Positions 8,354 through 16,539 of a stretch of 64,000 nucleotides of DNA are shown here, one piece after another. The translations under genes and the position numbers were made by a program. Each line of letters opens with the position of its first letter. The stretch's first letter is position 1. The DNA comes from an uncultured Alphaproteobacteria bacterium (lineage in GTDB: Bacteria > Pseudomonadota > Alphaproteobacteria > Rhizobiales > Hyphomicrobiaceae), in assembly GCA_963742405.1 (NCBI GenBank), contig CAVUMB010000010.1, forward strand, positions 80,957-144,956. Direction: 5' to 3'. Under the pieces are notes generated by a model, which was not told where the DNA came from, did no database searches, and saw nothing but the letters and a program-made list of their open reading frames with translations.

Positions 8354-9655
8354 ATGTTGCGTCAAAGCCTGCGCCAACGCGCGTCCCTGGCTGCACTGTT
8401 GATTGTTGCAACCGCGCCTTCCCACGCGTTCGCCGACAACAAGGCCTCGTCGATTTCCGACATTCTCGACCAAACGAAGTCGGCTGCCGCCGAAATCGTA
8501 CAATCGGCAACCACCACCATGCCGCCGGAGTCCGCCGATCCACGCGCCGGGGACAAGGACTATGAACAAGCCCGCCTGTTGATGCAGGCCGTCGAAGCCG
8601 TCCTTGCCGACACCGCCGATCAACGCGGCGACGCCAAGAAACTGCCCAAGGAATCCGAGTTCGTCGTGCCACCATTGTGGACTGAAACCCGTGAGGATCG
8701 CGAGGCACGGATCAAGGCGCTTCTCGACAGCGCCCTTGGCATCGTCACGGATGTCCCCGTTGTCGAAATCCAAAAACGCATCGAAACGCATCGCCGCACC
8801 ATCGCCGATCTCGAAGGCCGCATTTCGGCTTTCAAAGAAAAGCAGTTGATGGCACCCAAGGATGCAGCGCTGCCGGGTCTTCTGACCGATACCGTCGGCT
8901 CGCTCGATGCCGGGATCAAGGATCTGGAAGAGCGCATCACGAAGAATCGCGACGGTATAACGGCGGCCAAGAAAGATGTCAGTGCCGCACTCAAATCCTC
9001 AGGCGTCGACCTGTCGCCGGACCAACTCGACCTCCTGCTCGATGGCGTCCTCTCCGGCGACCTCGTCCGCCTCGTTGCAACATTCGAGGCAGCCAAACTG
9101 ATCGACGGCCAGCTTGCCCGCCTCGTCGAGGCCGCCGGTGACAACGCCGGCAATGCCCGCAAGTACTTCGCCATGCATGCCGCCTTGTTCGCCATGCTGG
9201 TCCACGCCCAGGACATGGCGATTGCCAAGATCGATACGCAATACCTGCCACGTCTCGATGCCGTGATGAAAGACATAACCGGCGCCAAGACACGCACCGC
9301 CGAATTGCTCCGCGCCGACAATCGCCCCGATCAGCTTCGCATTCTGGAAGCCAATCGCGACAGTCAGAAAGTGGCAGAAGAGGCGGCGAAGGCCTACCGC
9401 CGTTACCTGCTGCAACAACGCGAGCAGATCGCCAAGGCCCGCCAGCGCGCCGTCCACGATCTCAAGATTGCCGACAACACCTTCGAGACCGTGCAGGCGA
9501 GTTTTGAGTTGAATAACCTGATGCGCGACGGCGCCGCGTCATTCGAGGCGCTGCAAAAGCTGGAAGCGCCGACCTTCGAACAGATCTTCCGCAACGAGGA
9601 ACTCCGCCGCGAATTCGAGGCCCTGACCCGCAAACTCGATCAGCCGACGAGCTGA
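8354..9655 (+). CDS. secreted coiled-coil protein of unknown function
   Basis: ORF 8243..9655 trimmed to ATG 8354, which has GGAGGG 7 nt upstream. Signal peptide MLRQSLRQRASLAALLIVATAPSHAFA. The rest is long heptad-like helical sequence. Confidence 0.55.
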   Translation: MLRQSLRQRASLAALLIVATAPSHAFADNKASSISDILDQTKSAAAEIVQSATTTMPPESADPRAGDKDYEQARLLMQAVEAVLADTADQRGDAKKLPKESEFVVPPLWTETREDREARIKALLDSALGIVTDVPVVEIQKRIETHRRTIADLEGRISAFKEKQLMAPKDAALPGLLTDTVGSLDAGIKDLEERITKNRDGITAAKKDVSAALKSSGVDLSPDQLDLLLDGVLSGDLVRLVATFEAAKLIDGQLARLVEAAGDNAGNARKYFAMHAALFAMLVHAQDMAIAKIDTQYLPRLDAVMKDITGAKTRTAELLRADNRPDQLRILEANRDSQKVAEEAAKAYRRYLLQQREQIAKARQRAVHDLKIADNTFETVQASFELNNLMRDGAASFEALQKLEAPTFEQIFRNEELRREFEALTRKLDQPTS

Positions 9656-9676
9656 CTGTACGACCCAGAACATGGC

Positions 9677-11110
9677 TCAGAACAGCCAGATCGAGGCGAG
9701 CCCGAGAAAAGCGAAAAAGCCGACGCAATCCGTCACCATCGTGACGAACACGCCCGAGGCAGGGGCTGGATCGAGTTCATATCGATGAAAGATGAGCGGT
9801 ATAAGAATTCCGGCTACGGCTGCGCAAAACAGATTTACGATGATTGCCGTTCCGATGACGGCGCCCAGCGCACCCGAGCCGAACCAGAAAAAAACCACCG
9901 TCGCCATGATGACCGACAGCGTCAGTCCGTTCAGCAGGCCGACCAGAGCCTCGCGGGTGATAACCCGGCGCGCATTCATGGCGCCGAGCTTGCTCGTCGC
10001 CAACGCTCGCACCGTGACGGTCATGGTCTGAGTTCCAGCGTTGCCGCCGGTCGAAGCCACGATCGGCATCAGCACCGCAAGAGCCACCATCTGCTCGATG
10101 CTGGCATCGAACTGTTGAATAACGAACGACGCCAGGATGGCCGTGCCCAGGTTGACAACGAGCCAGGGCACCCGGCTCTTGACCGTTTCCAGAACGGTAT
10201 CAGCCAGACTTTCGTCGCCCACGCCGGCCAGCGCCTTCATGTCTTCGTCGGCCTCGTCATCGAGCACTTCCACAACGTCATCGACGGTCACGACGCCGAC
10301 GAGCCGTTGATTCTCGTCCACCACGGGGACAGAGAACAGGTCATAGCGCTTGAACTGACGGGCGACCTCTTCCTGATCTTCCGTCGCCAGGACCACGTGA
10401 CGGTCGGTCTCCATCAGCGTTTCGACGATCACCGATCGCTTCGAGCGCACCAGCCGCGACAGCTCGACGCTGCCCAGAACGCGGAACGAGGGATCGACGA
10501 CAAAGATTTCAGAGAACGCCTCAGGCAGGTCATCGGCCTCGCGCATGTAGTCGAGCACCTGCCCCACCGTCCAGAATGGGGCAACTGCCACAAAGTGCGC
10601 CTGCATGAGGCGCCCGGCCGTTTCTTCGGGATACTCCAGGTTGCGCTCAAGCGCGGCGCGATCGGACGTCTCGAGCTGAGCGAGGACTTCTTCCTTGTCG
10701 CTGTCTTCCAGACCTTCGATGATGTAGGCCGCATCGTCGGTATCCAATTCCGTGACGGCACGAGCCAGGAATTCGTTCGGCAGGGCTTCCGAAAGCTGGT
10801 CGCGGACCGATTCATCGAGCTCGGAGAAAACCTCGAAGTCGAAATCCGGTCCGAACGCTTGGATCAGCGCGACACGGTCGTCTGGCTCGAGCAATTCGAT
10901 GACGTCGGCAAGGTCGGGCGCACGCAAACCCTCGACAAATTCGCGTGCGGTCTGCGGCGCGCCGGCCAACAGCGCCGCCGCGACATCGCGCACCAGTTCG
11001 TCGGTCGTGGCCTCGTCGGCCTCTGGCGTGGAAAAGTTCGGACCGGCTTGCGACACGCGTCTGATGCCCCTGTCTCTTTGAGCGAAAAAGCCCTTGCCAA
11101 ACCCCGACAA
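9677..11110 (-). CDS. mgtE: magnesium transporter MgtE
   Basis: 477-aa ORF with N-domain, tandem CBS (VPVVDENQRLVGVVTVDDVVEVL) and C-terminal 5-TM domain (PIVASTGGNAGTQ). Start codon uncertain (TTG at 11110). Confidence 0.85.
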   Translation of the reverse strand: MSGFGKGFFAQRDRGIRRVSQAGPNFSTPEADEATTDELVRDVAAALLAGAPQTAREFVEGLRAPDLADVIELLEPDDRVALIQAFGPDFDFEVFSELDESVRDQLSEALPNEFLARAVTELDTDDAAYIIEGLEDSDKEEVLAQLETSDRAALERNLEYPEETAGRLMQAHFVAVAPFWTVGQVLDYMREADDLPEAFSEIFVVDPSFRVLGSVELSRLVRSKRSVIVETLMETDRHVVLATEDQEEVARQFKRYDLFSVPVVDENQRLVGVVTVDDVVEVLDDEADEDMKALAGVGDESLADTVLETVKSRVPWLVVNLGTAILASFVIQQFDASIEQMVALAVLMPIVASTGGNAGTQTMTVTVRALATSKLGAMNARRVITREALVGLLNGLTLSVIMATVVFFWFGSGALGAVIGTAIIVNLFCAAVAGILIPLIFHRYELDPAPASGVFVTMVTDCVGFFAFLGLASIWLF

Positions 11111-11307
11111 ACGGCAGAAGCGGCCTTAGCATACGAGCGCACCACCGGATACCGTGGTGCCGAAAAAGCACATACGGGATCGGCGACATGTTGCACCCGG
11201 CAAAGCGGCGCAGCTAATGTCCGCCCGCGTCCCGTGAGAGACGCGAACCACCGGCACGCGAAGCCGGGATCGCCACCGCCTCAGGCGCTTCGGAGGAAGA
11301 CAGTTAG

Positions 11308-12411
11308 ATGACACGCGCCATCCGGCGGCATGTCTTGTTTGGTCCCCTTGGCGCGATGGTTGTGCTGGCCGTCGCTGCCGCCGCGCGCGCGGGTGATGTA
11401 CCGCCGACCGAAGCCTTGCATTCACTGCAGTCGGCAGCATGTGCCAATCCGAACGCCCTCGGCGTATCCCGCGTCATCGAAATCGATGCCAACGACGGCC
11501 CCCGCTTCGGCGTTCCAGGACCCGAGCCCTTCCAGTTGCTCCACGACAAGGAAGTCATCCTCACCTTCGACGACGGCCCAGTCCGCCGTTACACGCGTCC
11601 CATCCTCGACGCACTCGACGAACAGTGTGTGAAAGCCACGTTTTTTTCCGTTGGCCGTATGGCGCTCTCCGATCCACAGACGCTCCGCGATACCGCCGAT
11701 CGCGGGCACACGATCGCCGCTCATACCTGGTCCCACAAACGCTTGGACAAGCTCGGTGCTGTGGCCTCCAAGCAGGAAGTCGAGTTGGGCTTCAGCGCTG
11801 TCGCCCTCGCGCTTGGGAGGCCCGTCGCTCCATTTTTCCGCTTCCCCTATCTCGGCGAAAGTTCCTCCGTTCGCGCGCACCTCCGGTCGCGCCACATCGC
11901 CACCTTCGCCATCGATATCGACAGCCGCGATTTCCTGACGCGCAACCCGACCGTCATGCGCCAGAACGTGATGTCCCAACTCGCCCGCAAGCACCGTGGC
12001 ATCATCCTGTTTCACGACATCCAGCCGTCCACCGCCGGCGGGCTGCGAGCTCTGCTGACCGAATTGAAGGCCAACGGATACAAGATCGCCCACGTCGTCC
12101 CCAAGACCGGCGCAACGACGCTGCCGGAATTCGACGCCATGGCCGATCGTGAGGCGCAGCGGCGCAATGTGGCACTGTCCCTGCAGCCGCTGGCCGACCG
12201 CGCTGCCGTCTGGCCGATGACGACGGGATCACCTGAACGCCTGCCATGGTCCGCCGATCCCACCACAGCGGACACAAAGCCGGTAACCGTTCTGCCGACA
12301 CCTCCCAACGCGCCGAAAGGTTTGCCGGCACTGCCGCCACCTGTACGGCCAAATTTGAAGCCGGCGATGATCGAAGACAACTGGGCGACAAACCCGTTGG
12401 GGCTTCCCTGA
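11308..12411 (+). CDS. polysaccharide deacetylase (NodB-homology) family protein, exported
   Basis: 367-aa ORF with GGAGGAAG SD upstream and a signal peptide. NodB motifs ILTFDDGP, ATFFSVG, HTIAAHTWSH, ILFHD. Pro-rich C-terminal tail. Confidence 0.8.
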   Translation: MTRAIRRHVLFGPLGAMVVLAVAAAARAGDVPPTEALHSLQSAACANPNALGVSRVIEIDANDGPRFGVPGPEPFQLLHDKEVILTFDDGPVRRYTRPILDALDEQCVKATFFSVGRMALSDPQTLRDTADRGHTIAAHTWSHKRLDKLGAVASKQEVELGFSAVALALGRPVAPFFRFPYLGESSSVRAHLRSRHIATFAIDIDSRDFLTRNPTVMRQNVMSQLARKHRGIILFHDIQPSTAGGLRALLTELKANGYKIAHVVPKTGATTLPEFDAMADREAQRRNVALSLQPLADRAAVWPMTTGSPERLPWSADPTTADTKPVTVLPTPPNAPKGLPALPPPVRPNLKPAMIEDNWATNPLGLP

Positions 12412-12514
12412 CGGTGCGACAATGTCTCAGGTGCCGCATCTTCTGACGTCAGCCTGTTGCTGCAAACCGCGAATTCCGCCACCTTCGGCCCAACTTTAAG
12501 CCTTGGGAGGCAAC

Positions 12515-13654
12515 GTGATCCGACGGGCAGCGGTAATTATTGCGGCATTGTTCTTTGCCAGTTGCGGGATCGGCGTGAGCTCGGCACTGGCGGACAACAC
12601 GTGTGCCGATCCTGGCGCGGCGCTCGGCGTCGAACGCGTTGTCGATATCGATACTGCAAATGGACCGCTGTTTGGCGATCTCTCCGTTCTGGCACGCGAA
12701 CCGTCGTTCCTCGGCCCGCGCGAAGTGGTGCTCACATTCGATGACGGCCCGATGCCATGGATCACAAAATCCATTCTCGATACGCTCGACCGGTTCTGCA
12801 CCAAGGCGACGTTCTTTTCCGTCGGCAGCATGGCCGTCGCCTACCCCGCAAGTGTCAGGGACGTTCTGGCCCGCGGGCATACGCTTGGCGGCCACACATG
12901 GTCCCATCCTTTGAACCTCAAGCGTCGCGGTTTAGACCGAGCCATTGACGAAATCGAACGCGGCTTTGCCGCTGTCGCATTGGCAGCCGGCCAGCCGATT
13001 GCGCCATTTTTTCGTTTTCCCGGCCTCAGCGATAGCGATCCGATGATGGCACATCTGCAGGCGCGCGGCATCGCGGCCTTTACTGTCGACGTGGTTTCCA
13101 ACGACAGTTACATCGCCAATGCTGATCGTCTCGCCGCCTACACGTTGGCGCAGATCGATAAGCGGCAAGGCGGCATTGTCTTGTTCCACGACATCAAGAG
13201 TGCCACGGCCAAGGCCCTTCCGGTCATCCTCGCTGGTATCAAACAGCGCGGCTACAAAATCGTCCACATGCGCGCCAAGTCGCCGCTCGTCCCACTCGAC
13301 ACTTTCAATGCCGATCTTGAGAAGCGGCTCGTCAAAACCGATCCGGCGCGCAAATCGCCGCTGATCATCGCGTCAGCAACCGGCACGCCGCCTCAGCCGG
13401 AAGTTCCCCAACCTCACTTGCTGCCCTTCTTCGGTTCGCCCGCTGTCTTGAAGACCCTCGCGGGAGCCGACGCTGAGGTGACGACACTGGCGCCCGCGCA
13501 ACGTCCCCGCATCGTCGTTACGACGAACGATCACACCGAGCCGGCAACTCATGGCTCCAAGTCCGACCGCGCCCATACCGGGCACAAGGCCAAACCGGCC
13601 CGGATCAAGCGAGCCACCGCCGACGATCCACCGTTCAAAATATTCGGATTTTGA
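12515..13654 (+). CDS. polysaccharide deacetylase (NodB-homology) family protein, exported (tandem paralog)
   Basis: ORF 12503..13654. GTG 12515 is preceded by GGGAGG. Motifs VLTFDDGP, ATFFSVG, HTLGGHTWSH, VLFHD, colinear with the upstream paralog. Confidence 0.8.
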   Translation: MIRRAAVIIAALFFASCGIGVSSALADNTCADPGAALGVERVVDIDTANGPLFGDLSVLAREPSFLGPREVVLTFDDGPMPWITKSILDTLDRFCTKATFFSVGSMAVAYPASVRDVLARGHTLGGHTWSHPLNLKRRGLDRAIDEIERGFAAVALAAGQPIAPFFRFPGLSDSDPMMAHLQARGIAAFTVDVVSNDSYIANADRLAAYTLAQIDKRQGGIVLFHDIKSATAKALPVILAGIKQRGYKIVHMRAKSPLVPLDTFNADLEKRLVKTDPARKSPLIIASATGTPPQPEVPQPHLLPFFGSPAVLKTLAGADAEVTTLAPAQRPRIVVTTNDHTEPATHGSKSDRAHTGHKAKPARIKRATADDPPFKIFGF

Positions 13655-13825
13655 TCGCTTCGTTTAGAGTGGTCCCTGTAAGGGGAAAACGACCAGCGCG
13701 AGACTCGACGAACAGTGGCGTCGAATATCCGCGCAATGAAAACACGCGCGCGGGACAGGCATGGCAGCTGCGCGCAAAGAATGCACGCGCGCAGGGTTGG
13801 CGTGGCGGCTGCGCGCAAAGAAAAA

Positions 13826-13910
13826 TGGTGCGGTTGAGAGGACTCGAACCTCCACGAGTTGCCCCGTTACCACCTCAAGGTAGTGCGTCTACCAATTCCG
13901 CCACAACCGC
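13826..13910 (-). tRNA. tRNA-Leu (anticodon GAG)
   Basis: Minus-strand 85-nt cloverleaf: GCGGTTG acceptor stem, anticodon loop TTGAGGT, long variable arm (class II), T-arm GGTTCGAGTCC, encoded CCA. Confidence 0.85.
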
Positions 13911-14163
13911 ATGGGATCACCTCATCGGACGGACGTCGGATGAGAGGAACCGCCCAGCGCATCCGTAAAGAACGCGCTGCCGAGGCGACCGGAACTAACA
14001 GACGGCTCCGGAGAAGGCAAGCACCAACAAGCTCCAGCCGGCCAAGATCCGCTGAGCCCGCGGCAACCGGCATCGACCTCGGCATTTCGGCATTGCCGGC
14101 ACCGGTTCACCGCTGCCAAATTGATCCGCCGGTCGCACATTTGGCCCCGTCGTGAGGAAACAG

Positions 14164-14859
14164 ATGCCCGGACCCCGTCCCATTCGCGTGCTGCATTCGA
14201 CGGGACTTGTCGACTACCTTGAGGCCGTGGCCGCAATGGACCGCGAGGCGGCAGCAATTGCAGACGGCGGCAATCGCGAACTACTCTGGTTTCTAGAGCA
14301 TCCACCGCTGCTGACCCGAGCGGCCCGCGGCCGCGACGACCATCTGCTCGATCCGGATCGCTTTCCCGTTTACGCCACGGACCGCGGTGGACAGATCACC
14401 TACCACGGGCCGGGACAGCGCATCGTCTATACGCTTCTGGATGTTCGCCGCCACACCGGGGGCGATGTACGCGCTTTCGTTCGCTTGCTCGAAACGTGCG
14501 TTATCGACGCGCTCGATAGGCTCGGCGTGACAGCGTTCAGCGATCCAGCCCGACCAGGCGTCTGGGTCAAGCGGCTGGATCTTCCCGGCGGTGAAGCCAA
14601 AATTGCTGCGATCGGACTTAAGCTTCGCCGCGGCGTCAGCCTGCACGGCCTCAGCCTCAATGCGGCTCCCGATTTGTCTCATTTCGCATCGATCGTTGCG
14701 TGCGGGCTGGAGGGATCGGCCGTCACGAGCCTTGCTGCATTGGGGGCGCCGGAGGATTTCGAATTTGTGGATAACGCATTAATCGCCAGCTTCACCGAGC
14801 ATCTCGGCCCGCTCGAACCAGTCACAGAGCCAATTGTGGAAGTTCCGCGCCCCCGTTGA
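14164..14859 (+). CDS. lipB: lipoyl(octanoyl) transferase LipB
   Basis: ORF 14152..14859. ATG 14164 follows GAGGAAA. Motifs WFLEHPP, RGGQITYHGPGQ, KIAAIGLKL. Confidence 0.85.
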   Translation: MPGPRPIRVLHSTGLVDYLEAVAAMDREAAAIADGGNRELLWFLEHPPLLTRAARGRDDHLLDPDRFPVYATDRGGQITYHGPGQRIVYTLLDVRRHTGGDVRAFVRLLETCVIDALDRLGVTAFSDPARPGVWVKRLDLPGGEAKIAAIGLKLRRGVSLHGLSLNAAPDLSHFASIVACGLEGSAVTSLAALGAPEDFEFVDNALIASFTEHLGPLEPVTEPIVEVPRPR

Positions 14860-14900
14860 GAGGGTCCTTTGGACGCCAATTCGCAGATATGGAAGAGCGC

Positions 14901-14938
14901 AAAACAAAACGGCACCCGAGCCAGAGGGCGCGGGTGCC
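14901..14938 (-). terminator. rho-independent terminator candidate
   Basis: 8-bp stem GGCACCCG/CGGGTGCC (14911-18 / 14931-38), followed on the minus strand by GTTTTGTTTT. It lies 32 nt past the stop of the 14970..15332 gene. Confidence 0.5.
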
Positions 14939-14969
14939 GGATTGCATTGCCTCGATCAACTCGACCGCT

Positions 14970-15332
14970 TTACGGGCCGGGCTTGGAAGGCTGGCCGGTT
15001 GCTCCAGATGATGGAGAAACCAGCGGCCCCTGCCCTTCTGCGTAGAGATCGCCCCCTTCGATGGTCGTGGCCTCGGTGCCCTCGAGCACATAAGGACCAA
15101 CGTCGTCACCGTCGATGCGGATGCTGCAGCCGCTCTGGCAGACCCCTTCAAGAACCTCGTCTTTTTTCAAAACGTGGTCGATCTGGGTACTGCCCTCGAT
15201 GACCGTGACCGTATGGTCCTTGTCATCCCGGTTTGTGACCGATGCCGCATGCGCGGCTGAGAAAGCGTTGATCAGCACCACCGTGGGAACCACCGAAGCT
15301 CGCAAGAGCCGACTGACTAGGTTCCGGGGCAC
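14970..15332 (-). CDS. small exported protein, unknown function
   Basis: C-terminal 120 codons of ORF 14970..15587. Signal-like RLLRASVVPTVVLINAFSAAHAAS. The start (GTG 15332, or TTG a few codons later) has no recognisable SD. Confidence 0.45.
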   Translation of the reverse strand: MPRNLVSRLLRASVVPTVVLINAFSAAHAASVTNRDDKDHTVTVIEGSTQIDHVLKKDEVLEGVCQSGCSIRIDGDDVGPYVLEGTEATTIEGGDLYAEGQGPLVSPSSGATGQPSKPGP

Positions 15333-15346
15333 GAGGCAGGAAACTC

Positions 15347-15418
15347 TTACTTCTTCTTCTTCGCCGCCGGCTTCTTGGCAGCCTTCTTTGCGGCAGGCTT
15401 CTTTGCAGCTTTGGCCAT
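15347..15418 (-). CDS. 23-codon Lys/Ala-rich micro-ORF (MAKAAKKPAAKKAAKKPAAKKKK)
   Basis: Read by eye (below the ORF-track size cut-off). ATG 15418 is preceded by GAAGGA at about -8, and the stop is TAA at 15347. It ends 14 nt before the next candidate start. Confidence 0.4.
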   Translation of the reverse strand: MAKAAKKPAAKKAAKKPAAKKKK

Positions 15419-15544
15419 GTGATTCGTCCTTCAGTTTATCTGACCGTGCATGACTGCACGGCTCTGCTTCCCCGACTCGACGTCGAGACGACTGCAATGT
15501 GGTGAGAATCAAATCGCGCTTCAAACGGAAATTTCCGCTGACCA

Positions 15545-15563
15545 CTATCGAATTTTTCGATAG
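15545..15563. promoter_or_regulatory. palindromic LysR-type T-N11-A box
   Basis: CTATCGAAtttTTCGATAG is a perfect 8+8 dyad containing TCGAA-N3-TTCGA (T-N11-A). It lies 39 nt upstream of the LysR start, in the divergent intergenic region. Confidence 0.4.
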
Positions 15564-15601
15564 ATAGCACACAATCGTTTCTTTCACCGCGCGAGTACCC
15601 G

Positions 15602-16456
15602 ATGGACATCAACCTCGCCCGCACATTCCTGATGGTCGCGGAAACCGGCAGTTTTATTGATGCCGCGCATCGTTTGAACATCACCCAGTCGACGGTTTCC
15701 GCACGCATCAAGGGGCTTGAAGATCTCCTCGGACGTCCCGTTTTCGAACGCTCCAAAAGCGGTGCAGATCTGACGGCGGCCGGTGAACAATTCCACAAGC
15801 ACGCGCTGGCACTGGTGCGCGTGTGGCAGCGTGCGCAGCTTGAAGTCTCGCTTTCCGACCAGCATCGCGACCATATCGCGATTGGAGCGCCAGCCACCCT
15901 CTGGCATGGCGTCCTGTTGAAAACGATCGCGCGATTGCGCTCCGAAACCCCCGATATCGCCCTGTCCGCCACCGCGGCGCTGCCCGACGTGCTCAGTCAG
16001 CGCTTGATCGAGGGCACCTTGGACCTAGCCGTCATGTACCGGCCGATCCAGCCGCCGGGTCACACCGTCGAGCATCTGTTTGACGAGGAATTCGTGCTCG
16101 TTTCCAGCGGCCGGGCCGGACAGCGCAAAAGCAACAGCGACTATGTCTTCATCAATTGGGGCCCCGACTTCCAGCAGGACCACGCCGCCGCTTATCCGGA
16201 ACTGATCAAGCCGGGCTTATCCCTGGATTTAGGCAGCATGCCGCTCGAATACGTGCTCGCCAACGAACTGACCGCCTACTTTCCGATGCGGCTCGTGCGA
16301 CCGTATCTCTCCCGCGGCAGGCTCAAGCAGCCCAAACGCGCCCGCCGTTTCGTCTACCCGGTCTACCTTGTCTATCCCGAAGCCCGGGACGAAGAAGCCT
16401 ACGATCCAATTCTCGAAATGCTGCGCAGCGAATGCGGCCGCTACGCTGTCGATTGA
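15602..16456 (+). CDS. LysR family transcriptional regulator
   Basis: 284-aa ORF. N-terminal wHTH MDINLARTFLMVAETGSFIDAAHRLNITQSTVSARIKGLEDLLG. Confidence 0.85.
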   Translation: MDINLARTFLMVAETGSFIDAAHRLNITQSTVSARIKGLEDLLGRPVFERSKSGADLTAAGEQFHKHALALVRVWQRAQLEVSLSDQHRDHIAIGAPATLWHGVLLKTIARLRSETPDIALSATAALPDVLSQRLIEGTLDLAVMYRPIQPPGHTVEHLFDEEFVLVSSGRAGQRKSNSDYVFINWGPDFQQDHAAAYPELIKPGLSLDLGSMPLEYVLANELTAYFPMRLVRPYLSRGRLKQPKRARRFVYPVYLVYPEARDEEAYDPILEMLRSECGRYAVD

Positions 16457-16475
16457 ATTTGGCTTCGAAACGGCA

Positions 16476-16506
16476 AAGGCCGGCCAGGGGTTCCCCAGCC
16501 GGCCTT
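16476..16506. terminator. strong hairpin between the convergent LysR gene and pccA
   Basis: AAGGCCGGC...GCCGGCCTT with an inner GGG/CCC stem. It is T-rich only on the minus-strand side (TTTGCCGTTTCG). Confidence 0.4.
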
Positions 16507-16539
16507 CGAAATCAGTGCCGCGACCGCGTCAGTTCGCGT

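Noticed and set aside
11111-11307. Possible Mg-sensing leader (M-box) upstream of mgtE. It includes the hairpin GCACCAC-N8-GTGGTGC.
   Set aside because: I saw only one short hairpin and no multi-helix M-box-like architecture. The hairpin has no T-tract in the mgtE transcript orientation. The region is also the divergent promoter for the deacetylase gene.
9785-11311. Long plus-strand ORF (508 aa) antisense to mgtE. Similar antisense ORFs lie at 21053..22294, 29062..30288, 35297..36598, 45379..46593, 53123..54400, 60095..61222, 61005..62246 and 62316..63710.
   Set aside because: These are typical high-GC shadow ORFs. Their translations are Arg/Gly/His-rich nonsense without motifs, and each lies fully opposite a gene with an unmistakable product (mgtE, clpA, putA, pccB, rpoA, r-proteins, tuf, fusA).
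13826-13910. tRNA-Leu as the attachment site of a genomic island.
   Set aside because: There is no integrase, excisionase, phage or transposase gene on either side. No second copy of the tRNA 3' end was seen. The flanking genes (deacetylases, lipB) look like core genes.
13651-13968. 105-aa plus-strand ORF and other ORFs overlapping the tRNA-Leu region.
   Set aside because: They overlap a well-formed tRNA gene, have no SD and have nonsense composition.
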